Origin: Hoeflea sp.
GTDB taxonomy: Bacteria; Pseudomonadota; Alphaproteobacteria; Rhizobiales; Rhizobiaceae
Reading direction: 5' to 3'
Assembly: GCA_020637795.1 (NCBI GenBank)
Contig: JACKJT010000002.1
Location: 919,092-983,091, forward strand
Length of the DNA stretch: 64,000 bases
Shown: positions 29,309 through 39,480 of the stretch, one piece after another
How positions within the stretch are numbered: position 1 is the first letter of the stretch
Layout: every line of letters begins with the position of its first letter
Position numbers and translations under genes: made by a program
The notes under the pieces: generated by a model
Databases searched by the model: none
The model's input: only the letters and a program-made list of their open reading frames with translations
Told to the model about the DNA's origin: nothing

Positions 29309-29980
29309 ATGCGCATTTTGCTAGTCGAAGACGACCAACGGATCCGACAGGATATCACGACCGCGCTCGAGGCGGCGGGCTTCGTCGTCGACGCCGAAGC
29401 CAATGGCGAGGAAGGCTGGTATTTGGGCGACACCGAAACCTATGCCGCAGCCATTCTCGATCTAGGCCTGCCCGGCATGGACGGGCTGACTGTGCTCAAG
29501 CGCTGGCGCGCTGAAGGCCGTGACTTCCCGGTCTTGGTGCTGACCGCACGCGGCGCCTGGACCGAACGGGTCGAAGGCATCGACGCGGGCGCCGATGATT
29601 ACCTGCCAAAGCCATTCCGCATGGAAGAGCTTGTCGCCCGCCTGCGCGCCATCATCCGCCGCTCCGGCGGCCAGGCCAACCCGGTCGTCATCGTCGGCGA
29701 GACCGAGCTCGATACGCGGCAGATGCGGCTGAGCGTCCGCGGCGTTCCCGTCAGCCTGTCGCCGCAGGAATACCGTCTCGTCGCCTATCTGATGCTGCAC
29801 AAGGGCCGCGTGGTCCCCCAGCAGGAACTCTCCGAGCATCTGCAATCGGTCCATTTCGAGCGCGAATCCAATGCCGTCGAAGTGCTGGTCGGCCGGGTCA
29901 GGCGCAAGCTGCCTGTCGCGCTGATCGAGACGCGCCGCGGCTTCGGCTACATCGTCAACGAGCCGGACGGGTCGTCGTGA
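29309..29980 (+). CDS. OmpR/PhoP-family response regulator
   Basis: MRILLVEDD, LDLGLP, GADDYLPKPF and IETRRGFGY motifs. Confidence 0.93.
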   Translation: MRILLVEDDQRIRQDITTALEAAGFVVDAEANGEEGWYLGDTETYAAAILDLGLPGMDGLTVLKRWRAEGRDFPVLVLTARGAWTERVEGIDAGADDYLPKPFRMEELVARLRAIIRRSGGQANPVVIVGETELDTRQMRLSVRGVPVSLSPQEYRLVAYLMLHKGRVVPQQELSEHLQSVHFERESNAVEVLVGRVRRKLPVALIETRRGFGYIVNEPDGSS

Positions 29981-31386
29981 AGGCCGGCGCCTCCCTCAGG
30001 TTCAGGCTGTTTGCCTATGCCGCCATCGTGGTCGCTGCCGCCCTGCTGGTGACCGGCATCAGCCTGTCCGCGCTGTTCTCGCGCCACCTCGAGCGCCGTG
30101 TCGGCCAGGAACTCGACACCCATCTCAACCAGCTCACCGGCGGCTTGCGGCTTGATGCCGGCTCGGAACTCTCGCTCGGCCGCGAACCCGTCGACCCCCG
30201 GTTCCAGGCGGTGTTCGGCGGCCTGTACTGGCAGGTCGACGATGAAACCACCGGCAGGCAACTCAAGTCGCGTTCCCTGTGGGACACATATCTTGATATT
30301 CCCGGCGACATCCTGCACCCCGGCGACACCCATGTGCACGCCGCCGCCGGCCCGCAAGGCGCGACGGTCCTGGTGCACGAGACCCTGGTGCTTCTTACCG
30401 CTCCGGACGGAGATCACCGGCTGCGGGTCGCGGTCGCCATCGACCGCGCCGAAATCAGCGCGCTTGCGACCGGGTTTGCCAGGGATCTCGCCCCGGTGCT
30501 GGCCATTCTCGGCATCGTGCTGCTGCTCGGCTTTCTGCTGCAGATCGGCGAAGGCCTCAAACCGGTCTACCGGGTTCTTCAAGGCGTCAGCGCCATTCGG
30601 AGCGGCGCGGCAAGGCGGCTTCAGGCAGACCGGGTGCCGCAGGAAGTCGCCCCGCTTGTCGAGGAGGTCAATGCCCTGCTCGACGCCCAGGACCAGGCCA
30701 TAAGCCGCGCCCGCGACCGCGCCGCCAACCTGGCTCACGGCCTGAAGACACCGCTGTCGGCGCTGGTTACCGACGTCGAACGGCTGCGCGCCAGGGGCGA
30801 CACCGACATCGCCGATGACATTTCCGAATTGACCGGACGCATGCAGCGGCATATTCAGCGGGAACTTGCCCGCGCCCGGTTGCGGCATGGCCGCAGCCAG
30901 GACAAGACCCCTTTGAAGCCGGTCGTGGACGGCATCCTGCGGGCGCTCAAGCGGACGCCGGAAGGAGAAAACCTCGAATTGAAATGCACGGTCCAGGCAG
31001 ATCTGACTGTCCCCGTCGATCCCGATGATCTCAACGAGCTGATAGGAAACCTGGCGGAGAACGCCGTTCGGTTCGCCGCCACCCGCGTTCTCGTCGACGC
31101 GCTGACCTCGCCGGACGCGGTGGTGATCCGGATCGGCGACGACGGTCCCGGCCTCGACCCGGACAACATGGCCAGTGCCGTCGAGCCTGACCGGAGGCTG
31201 GACCAGTCCGGAACCGGCGCCGGCCTCGGCCTGACCATCTCGGGCGATATCGTCGAATCCTTTGGTGGCCGACTCGAGCTCGGCACATCGGCGCTCGGGG
31301 GGCTTGAGGCGCGGATCTCGATCCCGCTGATCTCTCCGGTCAAACCACGGCCCCGGCCGTTTGATCGTCGCGAAGACACACACTAG
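29977..31386 (+). CDS. Sensor histidine kinase (PhoQ/QseC-like)
   Basis: Two TM helices, LAHGLKTPL H-box, NLAENA, DDGPG and GAGLGL motifs. Confidence 0.92.
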   Translation: MKAGASLRFRLFAYAAIVVAAALLVTGISLSALFSRHLERRVGQELDTHLNQLTGGLRLDAGSELSLGREPVDPRFQAVFGGLYWQVDDETTGRQLKSRSLWDTYLDIPGDILHPGDTHVHAAAGPQGATVLVHETLVLLTAPDGDHRLRVAVAIDRAEISALATGFARDLAPVLAILGIVLLLGFLLQIGEGLKPVYRVLQGVSAIRSGAARRLQADRVPQEVAPLVEEVNALLDAQDQAISRARDRAANLAHGLKTPLSALVTDVERLRARGDTDIADDISELTGRMQRHIQRELARARLRHGRSQDKTPLKPVVDGILRALKRTPEGENLELKCTVQADLTVPVDPDDLNELIGNLAENAVRFAATRVLVDALTSPDAVVIRIGDDGPGLDPDNMASAVEPDRRLDQSGTGAGLGLTISGDIVESFGGRLELGTSALGGLEARISIPLISPVKPRPRPFDRREDTH

Positions 31387-31404
31387 TCCTGCAAGGAAGT
31401 CCCC

Positions 31405-33024
31405 GTGAAACTGCCCCGCCCGTACATCGGAAGCGTAACGCTCAGCCTGCTGGTGGCCGCGTGGGTCATCTTCGTCGTCAACGATGCGTTCTGGTCCAGG
31501 ACGATCGCGGCTTTTGGCGAGCATCGCCAGGCCTTCTTCGCGTTTGCAATCGGCATTTCCGCGCTTCTGACCGTCCTGTCGATCAGCGTGACGCTCAAAT
31601 ACATCGCCAAGCCCGTCTACATCGTCGCCATCTTCAGCGCCGCGGCAGCCGCCTGGTTCATGGAGAAATTCGGCGTCGTCATCGACATGGACATGATCCG
31701 CAACGCGGCCCAGACAACGCCGTCCGAGGCCGGACACCTGATGACATTGGCGTTTTTCCGGCATATGGCCCTGTATGCCCTGCTGCCATCGCTGCTGATT
31801 GCCATGGTCCGCATTCGCCATCGCACCTTCTTCGCCAAGCTGAAATGGAACACGGCGGTCACCGCGCCACTGCTGTTGCTCGCCGCTGTCATGACGCTCT
31901 GGCAATATCCCGCCATCGCCTCGACGCTGAGGAACAACCGCATCATCATCAAGACGCTCAACCCGGTCTCGCCGATCTTCAATGCGATCAAGTTTGCCGT
32001 CGCCGAAGACCAGAACCGCAAGATCGTCGCGGCAACGCTTGACCCCGATGCAACGCCGGGCCCCCGGATTACCCGGGCCGACAAGCCGGTGGTCACCATC
32101 ATCGTCGCCGGTGAAACCGCCCGCGCGCAGAATTTCTCGCTCGGCAGCTATCCGCGCAAGACCAACCCGGAGCTCGAGAAACGCGACATCGCCTATTTCG
32201 GGAACGCTTCCTCCTGCGGTACCGCCACCGCGACCTCGCTTCCGTGCATGTTCTCGCTCCTGCCCCGGTCAGGCTACTCGCACGAGGGTGGACTGGCGCA
32301 GGAGAACGTTCTCGACGTCCTCAAGCACGCCGGCAACGATGTGACCTGGTGGGAAAACAACACCGGCGACAAGGGCGTGGCGGCCAGGATCACGACCCGT
32401 AACTTCTCCTCAGAGAATGACCCCCGTTTCTGCGTCAGGAACGAATGCCGAGATCAGGTCATGGTCGAGGCGCTCGGCCCCTGGCTGGACGCTGTTGAGG
32501 GCAACGCCACCCTGGTTCTGCACCAGCTGGGCAGTCACGGTCCGGCCTACTACGCGCGCTATTCGGAAGAAGAGAGACTGTTCCGGCCCGATTGCCGGAC
32601 GGCCGAATTCGCCGCCTGCTCCAGCGAGGAAATCGTCAACGCCTATGACAACACCATCGTCGCCACCGACCGGATGCTGGCCCAGGTCATTGATCTCCTG
32701 GCCGCCCGCTCCGACCGGCTCGCCTCTGCCATGATCTACATGTCGGACCATGGCGAGTCGCTGGGCGAAAAGGGCCTCTATCTGCACGGCATGCCCTACA
32801 TGTTCGCCCCCTCGGAACAGACCCGCATACCCTTCGTGATGTGGCTTTCCGACAGCTATTCCCAGCTGTTCGGCGTGACCACCGGCTGTCTCGAACGCCA
32901 GGCCGCCGAGCCGGTCTCCCACGACAACCTGTTTCACACCGTGCTGGGGCTGATGGATGTGAACGCGAGCCATTACGACCCGGCGCTCGACGTCACCGGC
33001 AATTGCCGGACGCCATCAAGCTGA
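31405..33024 (+). CDS. eptA: Lipid A phosphoethanolamine transferase (EptA/MCR family)
   Basis: N-terminal TM domain, GETAR, CGTATATSLPCMFS (catalytic Thr), GSHGP, SDHGESLGE and YLHG motifs. Confidence 0.9.
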   Translation: MKLPRPYIGSVTLSLLVAAWVIFVVNDAFWSRTIAAFGEHRQAFFAFAIGISALLTVLSISVTLKYIAKPVYIVAIFSAAAAAWFMEKFGVVIDMDMIRNAAQTTPSEAGHLMTLAFFRHMALYALLPSLLIAMVRIRHRTFFAKLKWNTAVTAPLLLLAAVMTLWQYPAIASTLRNNRIIIKTLNPVSPIFNAIKFAVAEDQNRKIVAATLDPDATPGPRITRADKPVVTIIVAGETARAQNFSLGSYPRKTNPELEKRDIAYFGNASSCGTATATSLPCMFSLLPRSGYSHEGGLAQENVLDVLKHAGNDVTWWENNTGDKGVAARITTRNFSSENDPRFCVRNECRDQVMVEALGPWLDAVEGNATLVLHQLGSHGPAYYARYSEEERLFRPDCRTAEFAACSSEEIVNAYDNTIVATDRMLAQVIDLLAARSDRLASAMIYMSDHGESLGEKGLYLHGMPYMFAPSEQTRIPFVMWLSDSYSQLFGVTTGCLERQAAEPVSHDNLFHTVLGLMDVNASHYDPALDVTGNCRTPSS

Positions 33025-33045
33025 GCCGAAGCTGAACGCCAGACC

Positions 33046-34182
33046 CTAGTCCAGCGTGCGCCGGAAGCGCATCAGCGCCAGCAGCATGTAGACCGCGACG
33101 AAGACCATGAGCGCGGCAAGCGGCGTCGCCACCCCCTGCAGATCCGCGCCCTTGAGCATGACCGCGCGAATGATCCTCAGGAAATGCGTCAGCGGGAAGA
33201 TCTCGCCAAGCGTCTGCGCCCAGGCCGGCATGCCGCGAAACGGGAACATGAATCCCGACAGCAACAGCGACGGCAGGAAGAAGAAGAAGGTGAGCTGCAT
33301 CGCCTGCATCTGGGTCCGCGCCAGGGTGGAAAACGCGTAGCCCAAGAGCACCAGCGCCAGCACGAAGATCAGGATGCTGATCAACAGCAGCCAGAGCGAG
33401 CCGACGAACGGCACGCCGAACAGCGATTTGGCCGCCACCAGCACGACCACCACCTGCACCCCGCCGACCACCAGGAACGGCAGCACCTTGCCGAGCATGA
33501 TTTCGAGCGGGCTTGCCGGCATGGCGAGCAGGTTTTCCATCGTGCCGCGCTCGGTCTCCCGCGTCAGCGCCATTGAGGTCATCATCACCATGGTCAGCTG
33601 CAGGATCACCCCCAACAGGCCCGGGACGATGTTGTACTGGGTGATGCCTTCGGGATTGTAGAGCTGGTGAACCACGACTTTCAGCGCCGCCGTCGATTGC
33701 CGGGCGGCCAGCGCCTCGGCCGATTGCTCGCGCAAGAGCGCCTGTGCCGCAACGGTTCCGAGCGTCGAGATCGCGCCGGAGGCCACCGACGGATCGGTCG
33801 CATCGGCCTCGATCAGGATCTGCGGATTGTCGCCGCGCTCCACCCGGCGCGCGAAATCCGACGGCACCGTGACGACAAAGGAAACCACACCCGACTGGAT
33901 CAGCCGGTCGGCCTCCTCGGCGCTCGCGACCACGTGATCGAACCGGTAGTAGCCGGTGTTCTCCATCGCCGACACCATGGCGCGGGTGTAGTGGTCCTGG
34001 CTGGTGGTCACCAGCGCCGCCGGCAACCCCTTGGGATCATTGTTGATGGCGAAGCCGAACAGCACCAGCTGCATCAGCGGTACGCCGAGCATCATCGCGA
34101 ATGTGATCCGGTCGCGCCGCATCTGGATGGCTTCCTTGGCGATGATCGCCATCAGCCGGCGGAACGAGAACAGCGTATTCAT
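33046..34182 (-). CDS. ABC-2 exporter permease (YbhS/R-like)
   Basis: KEAIQMRRD, RETERGTME and LLSGFMFP motifs. Confidence 0.9.
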   Translation of the reverse strand: MNTLFSFRRLMAIIAKEAIQMRRDRITFAMMLGVPLMQLVLFGFAINNDPKGLPAALVTTSQDHYTRAMVSAMENTGYYRFDHVVASAEEADRLIQSGVVSFVVTVPSDFARRVERGDNPQILIEADATDPSVASGAISTLGTVAAQALLREQSAEALAARQSTAALKVVVHQLYNPEGITQYNIVPGLLGVILQLTMVMMTSMALTRETERGTMENLLAMPASPLEIMLGKVLPFLVVGGVQVVVVLVAAKSLFGVPFVGSLWLLLISILIFVLALVLLGYAFSTLARTQMQAMQLTFFFFLPSLLLSGFMFPFRGMPAWAQTLGEIFPLTHFLRIIRAVMLKGADLQGVATPLAALMVFVAVYMLLALMRFRRTLD

Positions 34183-35096
34183 GCCATGTTGTCCGTCGAT
34201 TTGCCCATGAACTGGATGAACACATCCTCCAGACTGGTGGCGCCCTCGCGGTAGGCCACCCCGGTTGTCTCGGCCACCTTTGCGATCGCCGCCGCGAGCG
34301 CCGCCCTGTCCTGTCCCACCACATGCAGCGTCAGCCCGAACGGCGCCACCTGGTCGACGCCCTCCATGCCCTGCAGCATCCTTGCCGCCTCGGTGATCCG
34401 GCCGCCCTCGACCACGAAGGTGGTGAGCGCCGCATCGCGGATGACCTCAGGCACGGTGCCGCTGGCGAGAAGCTTGCCGTAGGAGATGTAGTGAATCCGG
34501 TGGCAGCGTTCCGCCTCGTCCATGTAGTGCGTCGATACCAGCACGGTCAGCCCGGCGCTGGCGCGCATGTGGATCTCGTCCCAGAACTCTCGCCGTGCCT
34601 TCGGGTCGACGCCTGCGGTCGGCTCGTCGAGCAGCAGCAGCTTCGGCTTGTGCATGATGCAGGCCGCAAGCGCCAGCCGCTGTTTCCAGCCACCCGAAAG
34701 CGTACCCGCCAGTTGCCTGCGCCGCGAGAACAGCCCGAGATCCTCCAGCGTGTCGCGCACCACGGCCGATACCGGATCAAGATCATAGAGCCGGGCCACG
34801 AAGGTCAGGTTTTCCTCGATCGACAGGTCCTCGTAAAACGAGAACCTCTGCGTCATGTAGCCGACTTCGCGCTTGATCCGCTGCCCGTCGGTGCGGATGT
34901 CGTTGCCAAGCACCCGCCCCTCGCCTTCATCGGGCGTCAGCAGCCCGCACATGACGCGGATCGTGGTGGTCTTGCCCGATCCGTTCGGCCCCAGGAATCC
35001 CGCGATCTCGCCCTCGGCCACCGACATCGAGACGTGATCGACGACAGTCTTGTCGCCGAAGCGCTTGACCAGCCCGCTAACCTCGATGGCGTTCAC
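34179..35096 (-). CDS. ABC exporter ATP-binding protein
   Basis: GPNGSGKT, LSGGWKQR and DEPTAGVD motifs. GTG start at 35096. Confidence 0.9.
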   Translation of the reverse strand: MNAIEVSGLVKRFGDKTVVDHVSMSVAEGEIAGFLGPNGSGKTTTIRVMCGLLTPDEGEGRVLGNDIRTDGQRIKREVGYMTQRFSFYEDLSIEENLTFVARLYDLDPVSAVVRDTLEDLGLFSRRRQLAGTLSGGWKQRLALAACIMHKPKLLLLDEPTAGVDPKARREFWDEIHMRASAGLTVLVSTHYMDEAERCHRIHYISYGKLLASGTVPEVIRDAALTTFVVEGGRITEAARMLQGMEGVDQVAPFGLTLHVVGQDRAALAAAIAKVAETTGVAYREGATSLEDVFIQFMGKSTDNMA

Positions 35097-36049
35097 TGTC
35101 CGCTCCCTGCAAGGTCGACATCGACGATCTGTCCCGGTGTCAGGCCCCAGGCATCGTCGTCGGGGCGCGCTTCGACCAGGTAGACCAGCTTCTGGCGGTT
35201 CTCGAGCGAGTAGATCACCGGCGGGGTGAACTCCGGATCGGGTGAGATGTAGCTGACGGTCGCCCGCATCCCCTCGCCGCAGCCGTCGCAGCGCACCACC
35301 AGGCTCGTGCCCACCCGGATCGAGGAAAGCGCCGTCTCCGGCACGTAGACCCTGAGCTTGAGCGCCCCGTCGGGCAGCACCGAGAGCACCGGCGCCTGCG
35401 GACCGGCCACTTCGCCGGCGTTGCGGATGATGTCGGAGACCACACCTGGCTGCGGGATCGACAGCACCCGTTTGGAAAGCCGCCACTCGGCGGATTCGAG
35501 GACCGCGCCGGCCTGGTCGACCGCGGCCTGCGCGGCCTTGATCTCGTTTTCGCGCGCCGGAAGCCTGGCGACCGCCAGGTTGGCTTCAAGCTCGCTGACC
35601 TTGGCGCGGTTGAGTTCGACCGCGGTGGAGGCGGAATCATAGGCGGCCTGGGTGGAGATACCCTGTTTGAGCAGATCCGCCTGGCGCTGCAGCACGCGCT
35701 CTGCTTCCGCTTCCTGTGCCTTGGCCGAACTCAGCGAGGCCGAGATGCTGGCGATCTCTTCGGGACGCCGCCCCTCCTGCAGGTTGGCCAGTTGCCTCTC
35801 TGCCTGCGCCAGCCCGGCAGCCGCCTGCGCCACGGCGATCTCGGCATCGCGCCGCTCCAGCCGGGCCAGAGGCTCGCCCGCCGTGACCCTGTCGCCGCGC
35901 CGGACGGTCAGGTCGACCACCTGCGCTGTCTCGATCGGGGCGACCAGCACATATTCGCCCTCGACATATCCGACAGCCAGCGGACCGGCGCCGGTGCAAG
36001 TCCAGATCAGGCTGGCAATGACGGGTACGGCGCAAATGAGGGACATCAT
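35093..36049 (-). CDS. HlyD-family membrane fusion protein (YbhG-like)
   Basis: GYVEGE, coiled coil, EFTPPVIYS. Confidence 0.9.
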   Translation of the reverse strand: MMSLICAVPVIASLIWTCTGAGPLAVGYVEGEYVLVAPIETAQVVDLTVRRGDRVTAGEPLARLERRDAEIAVAQAAAGLAQAERQLANLQEGRRPEEIASISASLSSAKAQEAEAERVLQRQADLLKQGISTQAAYDSASTAVELNRAKVSELEANLAVARLPARENEIKAAQAAVDQAGAVLESAEWRLSKRVLSIPQPGVVSDIIRNAGEVAGPQAPVLSVLPDGALKLRVYVPETALSSIRVGTSLVVRCDGCGEGMRATVSYISPDPEFTPPVIYSLENRQKLVYLVEARPDDDAWGLTPGQIVDVDLAGSGQ

Positions 36050-36756
36050 CGGTCTTGTTTCCTGTTGCTTTCGACAAACGCGCGTATGTTGGCCAGGATC
36101 ACCGCCTTGATGGCGCCGACCTCGTCCGGCCCGACGGTTTTCCACTCCATCCGCCTTGCGACGATGGCATGCCCGATGCGGAAATAGACGACCTGACCCG
36201 CAATGCTGAAGGTGCCAATGCGGATCAGGTCACTTTCCGGATCCTGGCCGGTGGCCAGCCCCAGAAGCACGCAAAGGCTGCGATGCACCGGCAGGATGAA
36301 GTCGGTATAGACCCTGTCGAAGACCGCGCCGGGTGCGCCCAGTTCGCGCACCATGAAGCCGGCAATGTCGCGCGCTTCGACCTGCACGAGCATGAAATCG
36401 GTCACCCCCATGAGGACGCGCTCGAAGGCTTCCTGCGCTTTTCCCGGATCGCCTTTCGGATCGATCGCCCCGAGTGCCGGACCGACGACAGACTGGATCC
36501 GGCTGCCCACCATTTCCGCGCAGGCCAGCCGCAAGCCCTCCTTGCCACCGAAATGGTAGGCGATGGAGGCGATATTGGCGTCCGCCGCCGCCGCGATCTC
36601 CCGCGTCGAGGTGGCTTCGAACCCTTTCGTCCCGAACAGCCGGATACCGGCCATCAGCAGCGCGGCACGGGTCTGGTCTCCGGCTTTCCCGGTGTTGGGC
36701 GAAGGTTTGGTGGCTTGAGACACGGCATTCTCCACCGGTTGCTTTGGCTGGATCAT
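36046..36756 (-). CDS. TetR-family regulator (CecR/YbiH-like)
   Basis: STREIAAAADANIASIAYHFGGKEGL; heads a ybhGFSR-like operon. Confidence 0.88.
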   Translation of the reverse strand: MIQPKQPVENAVSQATKPSPNTGKAGDQTRAALLMAGIRLFGTKGFEATSTREIAAAADANIASIAYHFGGKEGLRLACAEMVGSRIQSVVGPALGAIDPKGDPGKAQEAFERVLMGVTDFMLVQVEARDIAGFMVRELGAPGAVFDRVYTDFILPVHRSLCVLLGLATGQDPESDLIRIGTFSIAGQVVYFRIGHAIVARRMEWKTVGPDEVGAIKAVILANIRAFVESNRKQDR

Positions 36757-36774
36757 AGCGTCGCCTGAAAATTA

Positions 36775-36790
36775 AATCAATCGATTGATT
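36775..36790. promoter_or_regulatory. TetR autoregulatory operator
   Basis: Perfect 16-bp palindrome AATCAATCGATTGATT, about 20 bp upstream of the TetR start. Confidence 0.75.
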
Positions 36791-36881
36791 AATTAAAATT
36801 CCGAACCGCCATTCTCCCCTGCCCTCCATCAAGGCAGAGGCGGATCGATCCGGTTTCAAGGATGCTGTCGGTCCGAACGCG

Positions 36882-37646
36882 CTACGGCCGGATTTTCCGC
36901 ATCATCAACCAGCTGTAGAGGCGCGGCGAAAGCCGGTTGATACGCCAGCCGAGGCTCGCCACCCGGCCGACGGGAATGAAGTCTTTCCCGTGCCGCCAGC
37001 CATCGAGGATGATCCGGGCGGCCTGGTCCGGGCTCATCTCGTCGAAGCCGTCCGTTGCCGCCCCCGGCCTGCCGATCCCGTCCGCCGAGGCATCGAGCCG
37101 CCCGGGATTGGTGGCGACGAAGGAAGGCGCCGCGATCACCACCCTGACCCCGTGTTGCGCCTCTTCCGAGGCGAGCGACGAGAAGAAGCCGTTGAGCGCA
37201 TGCTTGCTCGCCGCATAGGCGGTCCGCTTGTAGAGCGGTGCGAAGCCCGCCACCGAGGACACCGCCAGATGCGTTCCCCGACCCGCCCGCACCGCCTTGA
37301 GCAGGCCGGCAGCCATCCGCACCGATCCGAAATAGTTGATCTCCATCACCAGCTTTTGCGAGGCAAGCGTCGTCTCGTCAAACAACCCGATCTGGGTGAC
37401 GCCGGCATTGTGGATGACCAGATCGATCGCCGGATGCCGTTGCGAGATCCCGGCGCAGGCTGAAGCCACCGCGGCCTCGTCGGTCAGGTCGCAGGCAACC
37501 TGCTCGACCCGGTCGTTTGCAGCCAGCGCCGCAAGGGCGCCGGGCAGATCGATCAGCACCACGCGCCAGCCTTCTTCCAGAAGCTGGCGCATGAACGCCT
37601 GCCCCAGCCCGCCGGCGCCTCCGGTGATCACGGCGACGCGGCTCAC
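36882..37646 (-). CDS. Short-chain dehydrogenase/reductase
   Basis: TGGAGGLG, HNAG and YAASK motifs. GTG start overlaps the upstream stop. Confidence 0.9.
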   Translation of the reverse strand: MSRVAVITGGAGGLGQAFMRQLLEEGWRVVLIDLPGALAALAANDRVEQVACDLTDEAAVASACAGISQRHPAIDLVIHNAGVTQIGLFDETTLASQKLVMEINYFGSVRMAAGLLKAVRAGRGTHLAVSSVAGFAPLYKRTAYAASKHALNGFFSSLASEEAQHGVRVVIAAPSFVATNPGRLDASADGIGRPGAATDGFDEMSPDQAARIILDGWRHGKDFIPVGRVASLGWRINRLSPRLYSWLMMRKIRP

Positions 37647-38581
37647 AGTCCCGCCGCCTTCCGCCACAGCTCGAATGTCTGGGCGCTGCTGAGCTCCGGC
37701 GTATAGCCGAACTCGGTTTTCAGCGCCGTATTGTCGAGCACCGGACGGTATTGCAGGAACCGGACCTGCTCAGGCCCGTAGCGCGAAACACCGAGTGGCC
37801 GCGCAATCCCGAGCGCCGCCTTCAGCACCCAGGCCGGCAGCGCCATCACCGGCTTGCCGAGCGCTTTCGCAAGGTCATGCACCGACAGCGCCCCGTCGCC
37901 GCAGACATTGAAGATGCCCGCCGGTCCCTCGCCCGTCGCACGCAGCAGGATGCGCGCCAGGTCCCGCGTCCAGATAAACACGAACGGGCTGTCCGATCCC
38001 TTGACCGCGATCAGCTTCGGCCGGTGAAACAGCTCGGTGATCTGGTTTTCGAGCCCGGCGCCGAGCACCGTGCCGACCCTGAGCACCACCTGCTCGAGAC
38101 CGGGATGCGAGGCGCGCGCCACGGCCAGCATCTCCTCTACTTGCCGCTTGTGGTCCGAATAGGGAAACTCGGGGTTGCCCCGGACCGGATCGCTTTCACG
38201 AAGCGGCACCGGATTGTCCGCATGATAGCCATAGGCGGCGCCCGACGAGGTTACCAGCAGGCGCCTGACACCGTGATTGATGGCGGCATCCAGCACGTTG
38301 CGCGTGCCGTTGACGTCGACGTCATGGGCGAACTCCCGGGTCATGCCGCGCGACGGCGAAACGATCGAGGCCAGATGCACGATCACGTCCGGCTTGAAGC
38401 CCTTGATGACGCGCTCCGCATCACCCCCGCGCACATCCAGTTTCATGAAGCCGACACCATCGGGCATGTCCTCATGCCTGCGAATGTCGGTAGCCAGCGT
38501 CTCGACACCGGCTGCCGCCAGTTCCTGGATGAGCACCTGCCCGACTGCGCCGGAAGCTCCCGTGACCAGTACGCGTTTCAT
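37643..38581 (-). CDS. Extended SDR, NAD-dependent epimerase/dehydratase
   Basis: TGASGAVG, HLAS, TSSGAAYG and YSDHK motifs. Confidence 0.88.
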   Translation of the reverse strand: MKRVLVTGASGAVGQVLIQELAAAGVETLATDIRRHEDMPDGVGFMKLDVRGGDAERVIKGFKPDVIVHLASIVSPSRGMTREFAHDVDVNGTRNVLDAAINHGVRRLLVTSSGAAYGYHADNPVPLRESDPVRGNPEFPYSDHKRQVEEMLAVARASHPGLEQVVLRVGTVLGAGLENQITELFHRPKLIAVKGSDSPFVFIWTRDLARILLRATGEGPAGIFNVCGDGALSVHDLAKALGKPVMALPAWVLKAALGIARPLGVSRYGPEQVRFLQYRPVLDNTALKTEFGYTPELSSAQTFELWRKAAGL

Positions 38582-39480
38582 CGGCGGGCCTCGCTGCGCG
38601 ACCACACCGTGGCCAGCGCGAGACCGGAGATCGCATGCCAGATACCCCACAGAGCCGCAGACACGGCCATGCCGCCGAGCCCGCCAAAGAAGGCAAAGAT
38701 CAGCACCAGCCCGAGACCGGAATTCTGAATGCCGGTCTCGATGGTGATGGACCGCCGGTCATAGTCCGACAATCGCATCACCGTCGCCGACAGGTAGCCG
38801 CTCGACAGCGCCAGGGCGTTGTGCAGCACCACCAGTCCCGCAACGGTCAGGGCAAGGGACTGCAGGAAACCCCAATTCGCAGCCAGCGCCACGACGATGA
38901 AACCGACAAAGATTGCCATGGAAATTCTCTGCATGGTCTTGCGGATCCGTGCCGCGAAATCCGAAAGCCTGACGTTGGTCAGGATGCCAAGTGTCAAAGG
39001 CAGGATCAGCATGAAGAACACGGTGATGGCGATGGAAACCGGGTCCAGTGTCGTCTGCCGAAGGATCGCACGCGTGGGTTCATACAGATTGCCCCAGAAG
39101 GCAATATTGAGAGGAGTCATGAAAATGGCGGCAACGGTGGCGATACCGGTCATCGACACCGACAGTGCCGTGTTGCCGCCGGCCCGGTGGGTGATGAAGT
39201 TGGAGATGTTGCCGCCCGGACAAGATGCCACCAGGATCAGACCCAGCGCAATCGAAGGCTGGGGATTGGTCACAAGCAGCATCGCGAAGGTGACCGCCGG
39301 CAGCACCAGGAACTGCGACACCATGCCGGTCAGCAGGGCTTTCGGCGTTCGCACCAGCGCCCGGAAATCCGAAGGCTTCAGATCAAGCGCGATCGAGAAC
39401 ATGACGATCGCCAGAATGGCATTGAGCAGCATCAGGCTTTCGGGGCTGAAATTCAGCCTTATGGAGTCGATATCGCTCAC
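38578..39480 (-). CDS. Bile acid:sodium symporter (BASS) family transporter
   Basis: CPGGNISN and ETGIQNSGL motifs. Confidence 0.9.
   Translation of the reverse strand: MSDIDSIRLNFSPESLMLLNAILAIVMFSIALDLKPSDFRALVRTPKALLTGMVSQFLVLPAVTFAMLLVTNPQPSIALGLILVASCPGGNISNFITHRAGGNTALSVSMTGIATVAAIFMTPLNIAFWGNLYEPTRAILRQTTLDPVSIAITVFFMLILPLTLGILTNVRLSDFAARIRKTMQRISMAIFVGFIVVALAANWGFLQSLALTVAGLVVLHNALALSSGYLSATVMRLSDYDRRSITIETGIQNSGLGLVLIFAFFGGLGGMAVSAALWGIWHAISGLALATVWSRSEARR

Noticed and set aside
29947-31905. 652-aa minus-strand ORF over the kinase and eptA
   Set aside because: Shadow ORF with no motifs.
31405-33024. Mobile mcr colistin-resistance gene
   Set aside because: Host-like composition, operonic with a two-component system, and no flanking IS; best called chromosomal eptA.
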